From positions 3,180,001-3,212,000 of the forward strand of contig NC_009925.1 in assembly GCF_000018105.1 (NCBI RefSeq): a stretch of DNA of 32,000 nucleotides, read 5' to 3'. Positions 18,105 through 26,527 of this stretch are shown here, in pieces. The stretch's first letter is position 1. Each line of letters begins with the position of its first letter. Below the pieces are notes generated by a model that did no database searches, was not told the origin of the DNA, and saw only the letters and a list, made by a program, of their open reading frames with translations. This DNA is from Acaryochloris marina MBIC11017. GTDB lineage: Bacteria > Cyanobacteriota > Cyanobacteriia > Thermosynechococcales > Thermosynechococcaceae. Position numbers and translations under genes: made by a program.

Positions 18105-19235
18105 ATGAAAGCGATGATTTTGGCGGCGGGTAAAGGTACCCGCGTTCGCCCAATAACATTCACTATCCCTAAGCCCATGATTCCGATCATGCAAAAGCCT
18201 GTGATGGAATTCTTAGTGGAGCTACTTCGTCAGCATGGCTTTGATGAAATTATGGTGAATGTCAGTCATTTAGCCGACGAGATCGAGAACTACTTTAGAG
18301 ATGGGCAGCGGTTTGGCGTTGATATTGCTTATTCTTTTGAAGGTCGAATTGAAGATGGCAATTTAATTGGGGATGCCGTTGGTTCTGCGGGTGGTATGCG
18401 TCGCATTCAAGATTTTTCGCCCTTCTTTGACGATACGTTTATTGTTTTGTGTGGAGACGCTCTGATTGACCTCGACCTGACGGCAGCCGTGGAATGGCAT
18501 CGGCAAAAAGGCTCGATTGCCACTATCGTTATGAAGACTGTGGATCCCAACGATGTCTCTAGCTATGGTGTTGTCGTTACGGATGAGGAAGGGCAAGTCA
18601 AGTCTTTTCAGGAAAAACCCAGTGTAGATGAAGCCCTTAGCAACACGATTAATACGGGTATCTATATCTTTGAACCTGAAGTTCTCGACCTGATTCCTTC
18701 GGGCCAAGAGTTTGATATTGGGGGTGACCTCTTTCCCAAGCTGGTGTCGATGAATATGCCTTTTTATGGCATTGCGATGGATTTCCAATGGGTAGACATC
18801 GGTAAAGTGCCGGATTATTGGCATGCCATTCGCAGTGTGTTGATGGGTGATGTCAAAAATGTGGCGATTCCAGGTCATGAAGTGAAGCCCGGCGTCTATA
18901 CGGGGCTAAACGTTGATATTGACTGGGATAAGGTTGATATTCAAGGCCCTGTTTATATTGGCGGCATGACGCGCATTGATGAAGGGGTTAAGGTTATCGG
19001 CCCCACTATGATTGGTCCCAACTGCCATATTTGTACGGGGGCAACGGTGGATAACAGCGTTATTTTTGAATATTCACGCTTAGGGTCAGAAGTGCGCCTT
19101 GTCGATAAGCTGGTGTTTGGACGCTATTGTGTAGATAAAACCGGCGCTTCGTTGGATGTTCGAGCTGCATCTTTGGATTGGCTGATTACCGATGCCCGTC
19201 AAGATGCTCAGGTTCCGTCACCGATGGTAGGCTAA
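18105..19235 (+). CDS. Sugar-1-phosphate nucleotidyltransferase (mannose-1-P guanylyltransferase-like) with a C-terminal left-handed beta-helix
   Basis: N-terminus MKAMILAAGKGTRVRPIT, then GDALIDLD and EKP. Hexapeptide-like repeats occupy the last ~100 aa. Confidence 0.85.
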   Translation: MKAMILAAGKGTRVRPITFTIPKPMIPIMQKPVMEFLVELLRQHGFDEIMVNVSHLADEIENYFRDGQRFGVDIAYSFEGRIEDGNLIGDAVGSAGGMRRIQDFSPFFDDTFIVLCGDALIDLDLTAAVEWHRQKGSIATIVMKTVDPNDVSSYGVVVTDEEGQVKSFQEKPSVDEALSNTINTGIYIFEPEVLDLIPSGQEFDIGGDLFPKLVSMNMPFYGIAMDFQWVDIGKVPDYWHAIRSVLMGDVKNVAIPGHEVKPGVYTGLNVDIDWDKVDIQGPVYIGGMTRIDEGVKVIGPTMIGPNCHICTGATVDNSVIFEYSRLGSEVRLVDKLVFGRYCVDKTGASLDVRAASLDWLITDARQDAQVPSPMVG

Positions 19236-19572
19236 ATTGGCAGCGACAATGCTGATGGGATTGCCCCTATGCTTGGAACGTAGGTATGAGGGTAGTAGAG
19301 TCATTGTCCTCAAAAAATTAATGATGTTGGTTTGACCCAACTCGGCAGTTAGGTCTCAGAACGACTGGGCATTATTGGCTACAGCGGTAGTGAATGAAGC
19401 GGAAGATTTTGGGGTATCAATTATGCGATCGCAACAGGCAGATCAGAGCATCCTCCATGCCTGGATCTGAAATCTCTACTCCCACAGTCCTTGCCAAAAT
19501 CTAGAAGCAGAGCAAAGGGTATTCAAGAAAGCTAATCTCAAGGAATTACTGGGGTGGGATGAATACCTGTGA

Positions 19573-20976
19573 TCAGGCTGGCTGTGAGAACAGTGAATGA
19601 ATCGGTAAGTCGAGATTAAAGTGAAGACGAACCGCAATAATGAGTGTCAAACATCCTAGCAATAGGAATGTTGCCAGCAAATCCTGCATCATGCCATTTA
19701 AGCCTTCTCTTAGCAGACCGTAATTGACGGAAAGGTAGTAGAAAAAATCATTTAGGGCTACTCCCATAATTGCCCCCGCATTGCCAAAATACCGAAAACC
19801 AATCCAGATACCCATGACGGTGCAGGAAAGGCGCAAGATGTTGCCGCAGGTGGTGTATTGAAATTTGCCGATGGCGAATAAGTAGGATTCATTGGTTTGG
19901 GAGAGCAGACGAGGCCAAATCCCCAAAGCCAAGATAGGAAGCATCCAGGAAGCATCGAGATAGCGAGTGTCATAGAGGGTCGTAATCAGCAGATCCCCAA
20001 ACCCTGCTAAAACCACCACTAAAAAAATAGAGGCAAATAGAAAAGGACGTCGATTCTTAAGGATCTTGGGAAATAGAATGTCCCGAGGTTGATCAATACT
20101 TTTACTGATGGCGGGAAAAATTACCTTATTGCTGATGCTCATCACCACCTTATAGGGCATATCGCTAAGGGTGAATGCAATTCCGTAAATACCTAATAAT
20201 CGTAGGGAAAATAGATCACCCAGCATCAGTCGGTCAGCTTGCTCAGCTAGAAACGTGAGGGCTGTATTGAGAAATATCCACCGACCCAAGTTGAGCAGAT
20301 CTTTAAGGGCTGCTTTGTCCCAGGCAAATTGGTTGCTGGAGCCAGGGAAAAGAAAGTGACTCCAAACCATTTTCAGACCTGTAGAGGCCAGTCCCCCCAT
20401 CACGAGCGCCCAAATACTAGGGGCAATCATTGCCCACACAATCATGATGATGATGCCGACTGCTTGGGTTGTCAGTTCAAACACCACTTGTTTCTGGACG
20501 TCCAGATTCCGTTCGAGCTGAGCAACCGCAGTTGATTCAAAGCCTGAGAAAATGGTGGTGATGCCGACAATGGGAATCAGCCATAGCAATTCTGGATGCT
20601 TGTATAGGGTGGCAATGGGCCAGGCAATCACTAAGCAGCCGAACCAGAGAATGAACCCACGAATGACATCAACGGTCCAGGCTGTATTGAGAAAGACCGG
20701 ATCGTCGCCCCGCTTATTTTGGACCACACTCCAGCCGGTTCCCAGATCTGAAAAGAGTTGGAGGCCAATAATAAAAATATTGGTGAGGGCCATTAACCCG
20801 AAGAGGTCTGGGTATAGAAGTCGAGTCAGAATAAGATTGCCACCGAATCGCAGACCTTGACTGCCGCCATACCCGATCAAAGTCCACAGGGTGCCACGAA
20901 TAACCAACTTTTTGAGGGATGCCATAGATTGGGGTTGAATGGGGGCAATGCATGGGTCGCCCTTTTTCATGTCCAT
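19573..20976 (-). CDS. Polysaccharide/oligosaccharide flippase (Wzx/MOP superfamily-like)
   Basis: 467 aa with about 12-14 transmembrane segments. The N-terminus LKKLVIRGTLWTLIGYGGSQGLRFGGNLILTRLL is typical of polysaccharide biosynthesis exporters. The start may be the internal Met at 20925. Confidence 0.7.
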   Translation of the reverse strand: MDMKKGDPCIAPIQPQSMASLKKLVIRGTLWTLIGYGGSQGLRFGGNLILTRLLYPDLFGLMALTNIFIIGLQLFSDLGTGWSVVQNKRGDDPVFLNTAWTVDVIRGFILWFGCLVIAWPIATLYKHPELLWLIPIVGITTIFSGFESTAVAQLERNLDVQKQVVFELTTQAVGIIIMIVWAMIAPSIWALVMGGLASTGLKMVWSHFLFPGSSNQFAWDKAALKDLLNLGRWIFLNTALTFLAEQADRLMLGDLFSLRLLGIYGIAFTLSDMPYKVVMSISNKVIFPAISKSIDQPRDILFPKILKNRRPFLFASIFLVVVLAGFGDLLITTLYDTRYLDASWMLPILALGIWPRLLSQTNESYLFAIGKFQYTTCGNILRLSCTVMGIWIGFRYFGNAGAIMGVALNDFFYYLSVNYGLLREGLNGMMQDLLATFLLLGCLTLIIAVRLHFNLDLPIHSLFSQPA

Positions 20977-21113
20977 GATGCTGGCTATAGAGAAGGCGAT
21001 GGTTTTGTGAGTAAAACAACACCCACAGCATCATGGATGGAGAGAGAAGAGACCTATGTCAAGATGACGGGTAAAGCTGGAAAACTAAAAGTTGTAGAAA
21101 GTTTAAACCAATT

Positions 21114-22067
21114 ATGGATGGACAGCGGTGGCTAGCACGTCAGGAACCCCAGTGGCGGCGGTATGAAAGCTTGCTACAAAAGGCTGAAAAAAGAGGCCTG
21201 AAGAAATTGACCGGCCGAGAAGTGCAAGAGCTCAGTGGTCTCTATCGGATGGTGGCTGCAGATTTAGCACGAGCACGGGCTCGACAATTAGGAACAGGGG
21301 TAACAGATCAGCTAAAGCAACTGACCTTGCGGGGGTATTCCCAAATTTATCAGGGGGGACGTCGACCGGCTTGGCGTTCCGTTTGGGAGTTCGTGTGCTG
21401 GGGCTTTCCCGCCGTGGTGCAAGAGACCTGGGTGTTTACGGTGCTGGCTACGGCCGTGTTTCTTGTCGGAAGCTTGATTGGCTGGTGGTTTACCTGGCAT
21501 GATCCAGTGTTTATGCATTTGATCATTCCTCCACGAATTATCGATATTGTCCAAGAGGATGGGCAACTCTGGATGGGTTCCATTGTGGGGAGTGAACCCT
21601 TGGCGTCGAGCGATATTATGCAAAACAATATCAGCGTCACCTTCTCGACCTTTGCCGGAGGGTTGCTGGCGGGGGTGGGCACCCTCTATATTCTGTGGAT
21701 TAATGGACTCAGCATTGCTGCGATCGCAACCCTAGTCGGCCAAAATAAATTAGCTTATCCCTTTTGGGCCTTTGTTTTTCCCCATGGTGCTTTGGAACTA
21801 CCCGCGATTTTTCTGGCTGGGGGAGCTGGATTGTTACTCGCTAGGGCAGTGGTTTTTCCAGGACGATACAAAAGGCTAGCAGCCTTAAAGCTGTATGGTG
21901 CGCAAGCGATACAGCTCATGTTTGGCGTCGTGCCGATGCTGATTATTGCCGGGGGGATTGAAGGATTTTTCTCACCTTCACCAGGGATTCCTGAACCTGT
22001 TAAGTATGTTGCAGGTCTGGGCTTGTTGTGGGGGTTACTGCTGTATTTACGTCGTCGGCCAGTGTGA
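21114..22067 (+). CDS. SpoIIM/DUF95-family integral membrane protein
   Basis: 317 aa. The family-typical motif FPHGALELPAIFLAGGAGL sits within a multi-transmembrane C-terminal half. Confidence 0.6.
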   Translation: MDGQRWLARQEPQWRRYESLLQKAEKRGLKKLTGREVQELSGLYRMVAADLARARARQLGTGVTDQLKQLTLRGYSQIYQGGRRPAWRSVWEFVCWGFPAVVQETWVFTVLATAVFLVGSLIGWWFTWHDPVFMHLIIPPRIIDIVQEDGQLWMGSIVGSEPLASSDIMQNNISVTFSTFAGGLLAGVGTLYILWINGLSIAAIATLVGQNKLAYPFWAFVFPHGALELPAIFLAGGAGLLLARAVVFPGRYKRLAALKLYGAQAIQLMFGVVPMLIIAGGIEGFFSPSPGIPEPVKYVAGLGLLWGLLLYLRRRPV

Positions 22068-22151
22068 AGGCGGCTGATGTCAAGGCCCTGAGATAGAATA
22101 AACGGTAGAAGCAGTTGTTCATATTGATTTGCAGAAGGAATAGGTGAACCC

Positions 22152-22508
22152 ATGGCAGAAGCAACTCAGTCTCAACAACGCGGCATTATGATGACTGACA
22201 ACGCCCTGAAGCATGTTCTGGAATTGCGAGAGAAGCAAGGAACCGATCTGTGTTTACGCGTCGGTGTTCGGGGAGGTGGCTGTTCTGGTATGTCCTACAC
22301 CATGGACTTTGAAGATCCGAAAAATATTCAGGAATCGGATGAAGTATTTGATTATGACAGCTTTAAAGTCGTATCCGATCCCAAGAGTATGCTGTATATT
22401 TATGGTTTGGTTCTCGACTACAGTGATGCCTTGATTGGCGGTGGGTTTCAATTCACTAACCCCAATGCGACGCAGACCTGCGGTTGTGGAACGTCTTTCT
22501 CTGCCTAG
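22152..22508 (+). CDS. HesB/IscA-family iron-sulfur cluster insertion protein
   Basis: 118 aa. Motifs: LRVGVRGGGCSGMSY and the C-terminal FxNPNAxxxCGCGxSF. Confidence 0.88.
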   Translation: MAEATQSQQRGIMMTDNALKHVLELREKQGTDLCLRVGVRGGGCSGMSYTMDFEDPKNIQESDEVFDYDSFKVVSDPKSMLYIYGLVLDYSDALIGGGFQFTNPNATQTCGCGTSFSA

Positions 22509-22520
22509 GATTATTTGGGA

Positions 22521-22946
22521 ATGACTGACACCACCCTTGACGATGTCTTTAAGGAAGCGTTAGATCGCTATCAAGCAGGAGAACCTGCTGAAGATTTAAT
22601 TCCTGTATTTAAAGACATTTGTGATCGCGCCCGTAAGAGTAGTCCTGCATGGACCTGTCTAGCCTGGCTCTATCTGCTAGCGGGAAAGCATAATTCAGCC
22701 TATAAAGCAGCCCAAAAAGCTGTGAAGCTGAATCCGCAAGACCCGCAAGCGCGGGTTAACCTCGTGGTTGCCATGCTGGAAACGGGGCAAAAAGGGGTTC
22801 GCAAGCATATTGAAATTGTTCAGCAAATTGCGATGGCTGTGCCTGAATTACGAGATGAGCTGAAAGAGAGTTTTGATGATGGCTTGAAGCGAAAGCCGGA
22901 TTGGGCGAGTTTAGAGCGCGTCCAGGCTTGGGTCTTTGAAGGTTAG
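22521..22946 (+). CDS. TPR-repeat protein
   Basis: About 141 aa. TPR-like helices: AWTCLAWLYLLAGKHNSAYKAAQKAVKLNPQDPQA. The track start at 22515 is a TTG; the ATG at 22521 is more likely. It lies 6-12 bp after the HesB-like gene, so the two are probably co-transcribed. Confidence 0.6.
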   Translation: MTDTTLDDVFKEALDRYQAGEPAEDLIPVFKDICDRARKSSPAWTCLAWLYLLAGKHNSAYKAAQKAVKLNPQDPQARVNLVVAMLETGQKGVRKHIEIVQQIAMAVPELRDELKESFDDGLKRKPDWASLERVQAWVFEG

Positions 22947-23032
22947 TTGCTCTTGGTATGAAAAAATGAAAAAGACATCAGTGGTTAAACTGGTGTCTTT
23001 TGTAGTTGAAGCCAGACAAGTAAGAGAGAGTT

Positions 23033-23284
23033 ATGTTTGAAAAACTCATCAATGGCATTAATACTGTCCTGATGATCGACGTATTTTTCGTGATCTTCTG
23101 TTTTATCTGGTTTTTAGTGGGACTTTTAGGCCGACAGCTCGGGATTCCTCTAGGGTTTGACGTGTGGTATTCCCTATGGCCCAACGTGATCCAACCTGCA
23201 ATTGGTTTGGTGATGGCAGGTTCTATCTTGACCGGCGTCGTTGGCCAGATTCGCAAACGGATGCCGTCTTCTCAAGAGTGGTGA
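23033..23284 (+). CDS. Small two-transmembrane membrane protein, unknown function
   Basis: 83-aa ORF with two clear hydrophobic helices. I recognise no family. Confidence 0.45.
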   Translation: MFEKLINGINTVLMIDVFFVIFCFIWFLVGLLGRQLGIPLGFDVWYSLWPNVIQPAIGLVMAGSILTGVVGQIRKRMPSSQEW

Positions 23285-23302
23285 TGGGTTGTTATCAGCT
23301 GG

Positions 23303-23599
23303 CTAGAGACGCTCGAACTGGTCTGGTGACAGTTCGTCTAGATCGTCTTCATCATCCCAGTCATCGTATTCGATCACAGGATCTGTAAGAACAGCTTGTT
23401 GGGCTTCATATAGGGTTAACCATTTTCCCGGCTCACGGATCCGTTGGGGAGGATCTTGGTAGCGGGCAAAGAACCAAGGAGGTGACGTGGGTTGAGTAAG
23501 TTCAGCTTGAACACGATAGGGATCAAGATCAGGATAATCGGGATCCCGCTCAACCTTCACCCATACTTTTTGGCCAATTAATTCATCTGGAGACAGCAT
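23303..23599 (-). CDS. Small hypothetical protein with an acidic C-terminus
   Basis: 98-aa ORF. It has a coding-like composition, and the tail is DDWDDEDDLDELSPDQFERL. Confidence 0.45.
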   Translation of the reverse strand: MLSPDELIGQKVWVKVERDPDYPDLDPYRVQAELTQPTSPPWFFARYQDPPQRIREPGKWLTLYEAQQAVLTDPVIEYDDWDDEDDLDELSPDQFERL

Positions 23600-23973
23600 G
23601 ATGACGGTTTGAACTTGAGCGCTAACATTCTCTTAAACACTTTTATTGTACAAAAATGAGGTATCTCAACGTTGTACTTAAATGGATTCTCAAGGATTGG
23701 TTTTTAATAATCTAATCATTCCCAGCTGAAATGACAACTTGACGTTCAGTATGGGATCAGTTCGGGGATCAAAGATGCAGTCTCTGATACTAAGCATGAG
23801 CGTCTTTCTTTTGTAAGTCTATAAAACCACAAGACTTGAAATTTAGTGTATTCATAAAAAAGAGGGACTCATCTCAATATTGCTACGAACATGGGCCGCT
23901 ACGTCCACAATGTTCGGCCTACTTGGGCAATAGTGAAGACCCTATTCACTCAATACTTTTCAAGGACCTAATC

Positions 23974-24861
23974 GTGACAGCTGCATTAGAACAGACTCCA
24001 ACTTCCCAGTATTGGCAGTGGCAGGGATGGCGGATTCATTACGTACAACAAGGAGAGCAAGGACCCTGTGTAGTTCTGCTCCACGGCTTTGGTGCCTCTA
24101 CAGACCACTGGCGCAAAAATATTGAAGTGCTCTCCCGCTACTACCGAGTGTGGGCCGTTGACATGTTGGGATTTGGCCGCTCTGAAAAGCCGGATATGGA
24201 TTACACCGGGGATTTATGGCGGACTCAGATGCAGGCCTTTTGTGAAGAGGTGATTCAAGAGCCGGTGTTTATTGCTGGAAATTCCCTAGGGGGCTATGCC
24301 AGTCTCTGTTTTGCGGTCGATTGCCCAAAATGGACCCGAGGGGTGGTGTTACTCAACTGTGCCGGATCGTTTACAGAAGTAGAGCCTAAACCTGAATTGC
24401 CAGCTTGGCGACAACAGCTGCAGGATCGACGCAAAACCGTGATGCGATCGCGTCCGGTAATCAACGTCATGAGCTATTTCTTGTTTAATCGGATGCGTAA
24501 GCCAGACAATATCCGCAAAGCCTTGTCCCAAGTGTATAAGGATCAATCGGCAGTCACGGATCGCCTGGTCGAAGAAATCTATCAACCCTCCCTAGACAAA
24601 GGGGCCCGGGGCGTTTTTGCCGGTGTATTTAAATCACCACCCGGCCGCAAGCTTGATGAATTGCTACAAAGCTTGGACCGCCCCCTGTTTCTATTGTGGG
24701 GAGCAGCCGATCCATGGATGACGCCGCAAAAAGCAGAAAAATTCCAGCAGTTTTACCCTGCAGCTGACTTAGTTTTAGTCGATGCAGGGCATTGCCCCCA
24801 TGATGAGCGTCCCGAAGTCATCAATGCTGAACTGCATCAGTGGATTCAGAAACAGCTATAA
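23974..24861 (+). CDS. Alpha/beta-fold hydrolase
   Basis: Oxyanion HGFGAS, nucleophile elbow GNSLGG, and catalytic His in AGHCPHDERPE. The ORF-track start at 23836 is a TTG. The GTG at 23974 is preceded by AAGGA 7 nt upstream and gives a typical ~295-aa protein. Confidence 0.8.
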   Translation: MTAALEQTPTSQYWQWQGWRIHYVQQGEQGPCVVLLHGFGASTDHWRKNIEVLSRYYRVWAVDMLGFGRSEKPDMDYTGDLWRTQMQAFCEEVIQEPVFIAGNSLGGYASLCFAVDCPKWTRGVVLLNCAGSFTEVEPKPELPAWRQQLQDRRKTVMRSRPVINVMSYFLFNRMRKPDNIRKALSQVYKDQSAVTDRLVEEIYQPSLDKGARGVFAGVFKSPPGRKLDELLQSLDRPLFLLWGAADPWMTPQKAEKFQQFYPAADLVLVDAGHCPHDERPEVINAELHQWIQKQL

Positions 24862-24870
24862 GTGGCCCGA

Positions 24871-25734
24871 TTATTTGACCCCAGCAATGGTGATTGTCCT
24901 GAAAATCAGAGACTTTTCAGCGCAGGTGCGTCTTAGAGGAAAGGGGAGGAGTCCTACTCCCTTTTCGAGGGCCAAGATGACTAAAGAGATCGGAAACATC
25001 ACCGGTAGAGACAGCACCCGATTTTTAAAAACCTTATAAATCCGAATTTTGGAGAACCCGGCTCGTTTAAAAAGCTGGGCGAGCTCAACAATCGAATATT
25101 CCTTGAGATGAAACCCTGTGGCCACTTCATCAAAATACTTAGAGATGTCGTGGGGACCCGATAGGCGATGAGGGGTCACGCAGACATAGGTGCCGCCTGT
25201 TTTTAGGGCAGTGCAAATATTCTTGAGTTGGTCATAGGCATCCTCGGGATGCAAGTGCTCCATGAGCTGGTGGCTATAGGCTAAATCAATACTACTAGGT
25301 TCGGTAGGAATGCTACAGCCGTCAGAAATAATTAAGTCAACGTTTTTAGGTAGGGCTAAGTCTTTGGTTATTTCTGTGGCGACGTCAACGGCATAGACTT
25401 GCTGAACATGGGGGGCAATTTCGCGGCAGAGATGACAGTTGCCTGGCCCGATTTCCAGAAAGATGGCGTCGTTGGCCATAAAGTGCTGCAAAAAGTCGAT
25501 GCGTTGCTGAATGAGTGTGTTGGCGCTGGCATCGGTGGGACGAGAGTGATGAGAATGATGGTTAACTTTCGAGAATAGAGCATCGTAGAGTTTGGTGTAG
25601 AGGGACCCCTCTAGGCGCTCAGATTTATTGGAGTGCCGAAGCTGATCAGCGAGCTGTTTTTCGATGTGATAATGCTCGGTAATTTGCTCAACGGTTCTAT
25701 CATCTGAAGCTTTTATTTTTAGCTGTGTGCTCAT
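24871..25734 (-). CDS. Class I SAM-dependent methyltransferase
   Basis: Motif I is FLEIGPGNC. An acidic residue ends beta2 (VYAVDV), and post-I/II motifs include LKTGGTYV. It converges on the hydrolase gene with a 9-bp gap. Confidence 0.78.
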   Translation of the reverse strand: MSTQLKIKASDDRTVEQITEHYHIEKQLADQLRHSNKSERLEGSLYTKLYDALFSKVNHHSHHSRPTDASANTLIQQRIDFLQHFMANDAIFLEIGPGNCHLCREIAPHVQQVYAVDVATEITKDLALPKNVDLIISDGCSIPTEPSSIDLAYSHQLMEHLHPEDAYDQLKNICTALKTGGTYVCVTPHRLSGPHDISKYFDEVATGFHLKEYSIVELAQLFKRAGFSKIRIYKVFKNRVLSLPVMFPISLVILALEKGVGLLPFPLRRTCAEKSLIFRTITIAGVK

Positions 25735-25986
25735 AATTTTATTTATAGGTGTAGAACATTAGCTTGGAACAGCGCAGGCCGGTCTCGACGACTATGATGA
25801 AGCGCGTTGTTCAGGACAGAGAACACATGCCTACTACTATAGCCTTGCCTTTAGTGACTGACGAATAAAGGTAGACTTGGCAAGGGTAAAGATGATTGAA
25901 AAGTCTGTAAACCTTTCAGAGTAAGAATTTTGGGCGAATGTGTTGCTGATATACAATAGGTGACTTCAATTTCTGGAACAACTGGA

Positions 25987-26000
25987 GCAAAAAGTGAGGC
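25987..26000 (+). repeat. Copy 1 of the GCAAAAAGTGAGG motif, followed by a T-run
   Basis: GCAAAAAGTGAGGC followed by ATTTTTTC. The same 11-13-mer recurs at 26195-26217. Confidence 0.9.
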
Positions 26001-26194
26001 ATTTTTTCTGGGAGTCTGGAGTACAACCATCAGCTAAGCTTCATCTGAAAATTTAATTTATAAAAATAAAATTCTAGCTGATCCATTTCTGAATCGATCT
26101 GAGTCGAACTTAAGGATGGTATGAAAGAAATCTGAGAAAGCTGAAAGCTATATGAGAAGAATTTTTTAGGTTATTGACGCTTGAATAGTCTGAA

Positions 26195-26217
26195 AAAAAG
26201 TGAGGCAAAAAGTGAGG
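26195..26217 (+). repeat. Tandem direct repeat AAAAAGTGAGG(C) x2 with an exact 12-bp period, followed by T7
   Basis: AAAAAGTGAGGC at 26195-26206 and AAAAAGTGAGG at 26207-26217, then TTTTTTTGC. It lies about 310 bp upstream of the repeat-protein start. Confidence 0.9.
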
Positions 26218-26527
26218 TTTTTTTGCTGTCCAGATCTTTTATTGTCAAAACAGTAAGGTCATTGAAATCAATTGGATTTGAGTAACGCTCCAAGTCTGCC
26301 TGAGTAACTTGTGAGCTGCCATTTCCTCAAATCTAGGGAGTGCGCCTCAGATGTGATAAGCGCTCCTCAATCATTTTGATACGTACCACAGACATCCCTT
26401 GCATTGCGGCTGGTGGATCGTGCTGCCAGCGCGTCTGTTGATCTTGCTTCCCCTATTGATGATGGGCGATAGCCCGAGTTCTGACCACAAGCACACTATC
26501 TGTCTAAAAAATTTTGGAGATGCAACC

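Noticed and set aside
21312-22153. Minus-strand ORFs of 103, 110 and 132 aa opposite the SpoIIM-like gene
   Set aside because: These are shadow frames rich in Pro, Gly, Ser and Arg. The plus-strand ORF carries the family motif FPHGALELPAIF and a coherent transmembrane topology.
26195-26226. The minus-strand reading CCTCACTTTTTGCCTCACTTTTTTT as a Yfr1-like sRNA (Yfr1 carries a conserved CUCCUCACAC box)
   Set aside because: The match is only the hexamer CCTCAC. The flanking stem-loops typical of Yfr1 are absent.
26399-26527. A 43-codon N-terminal extension of the repeat protein in the ORF track (MHCGWWIVLPARLLILLPLLMMG...), which looks like a signal peptide
   Set aside because: It starts at a TTG with no visible ribosome-binding site. 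The in-frame ATG at 26528 has GGAGA 7 nt upstream. RTX-type substrates normally lack N-terminal signal peptides. I keep it as an open alternative, resolvable by N-terminal proteomics.
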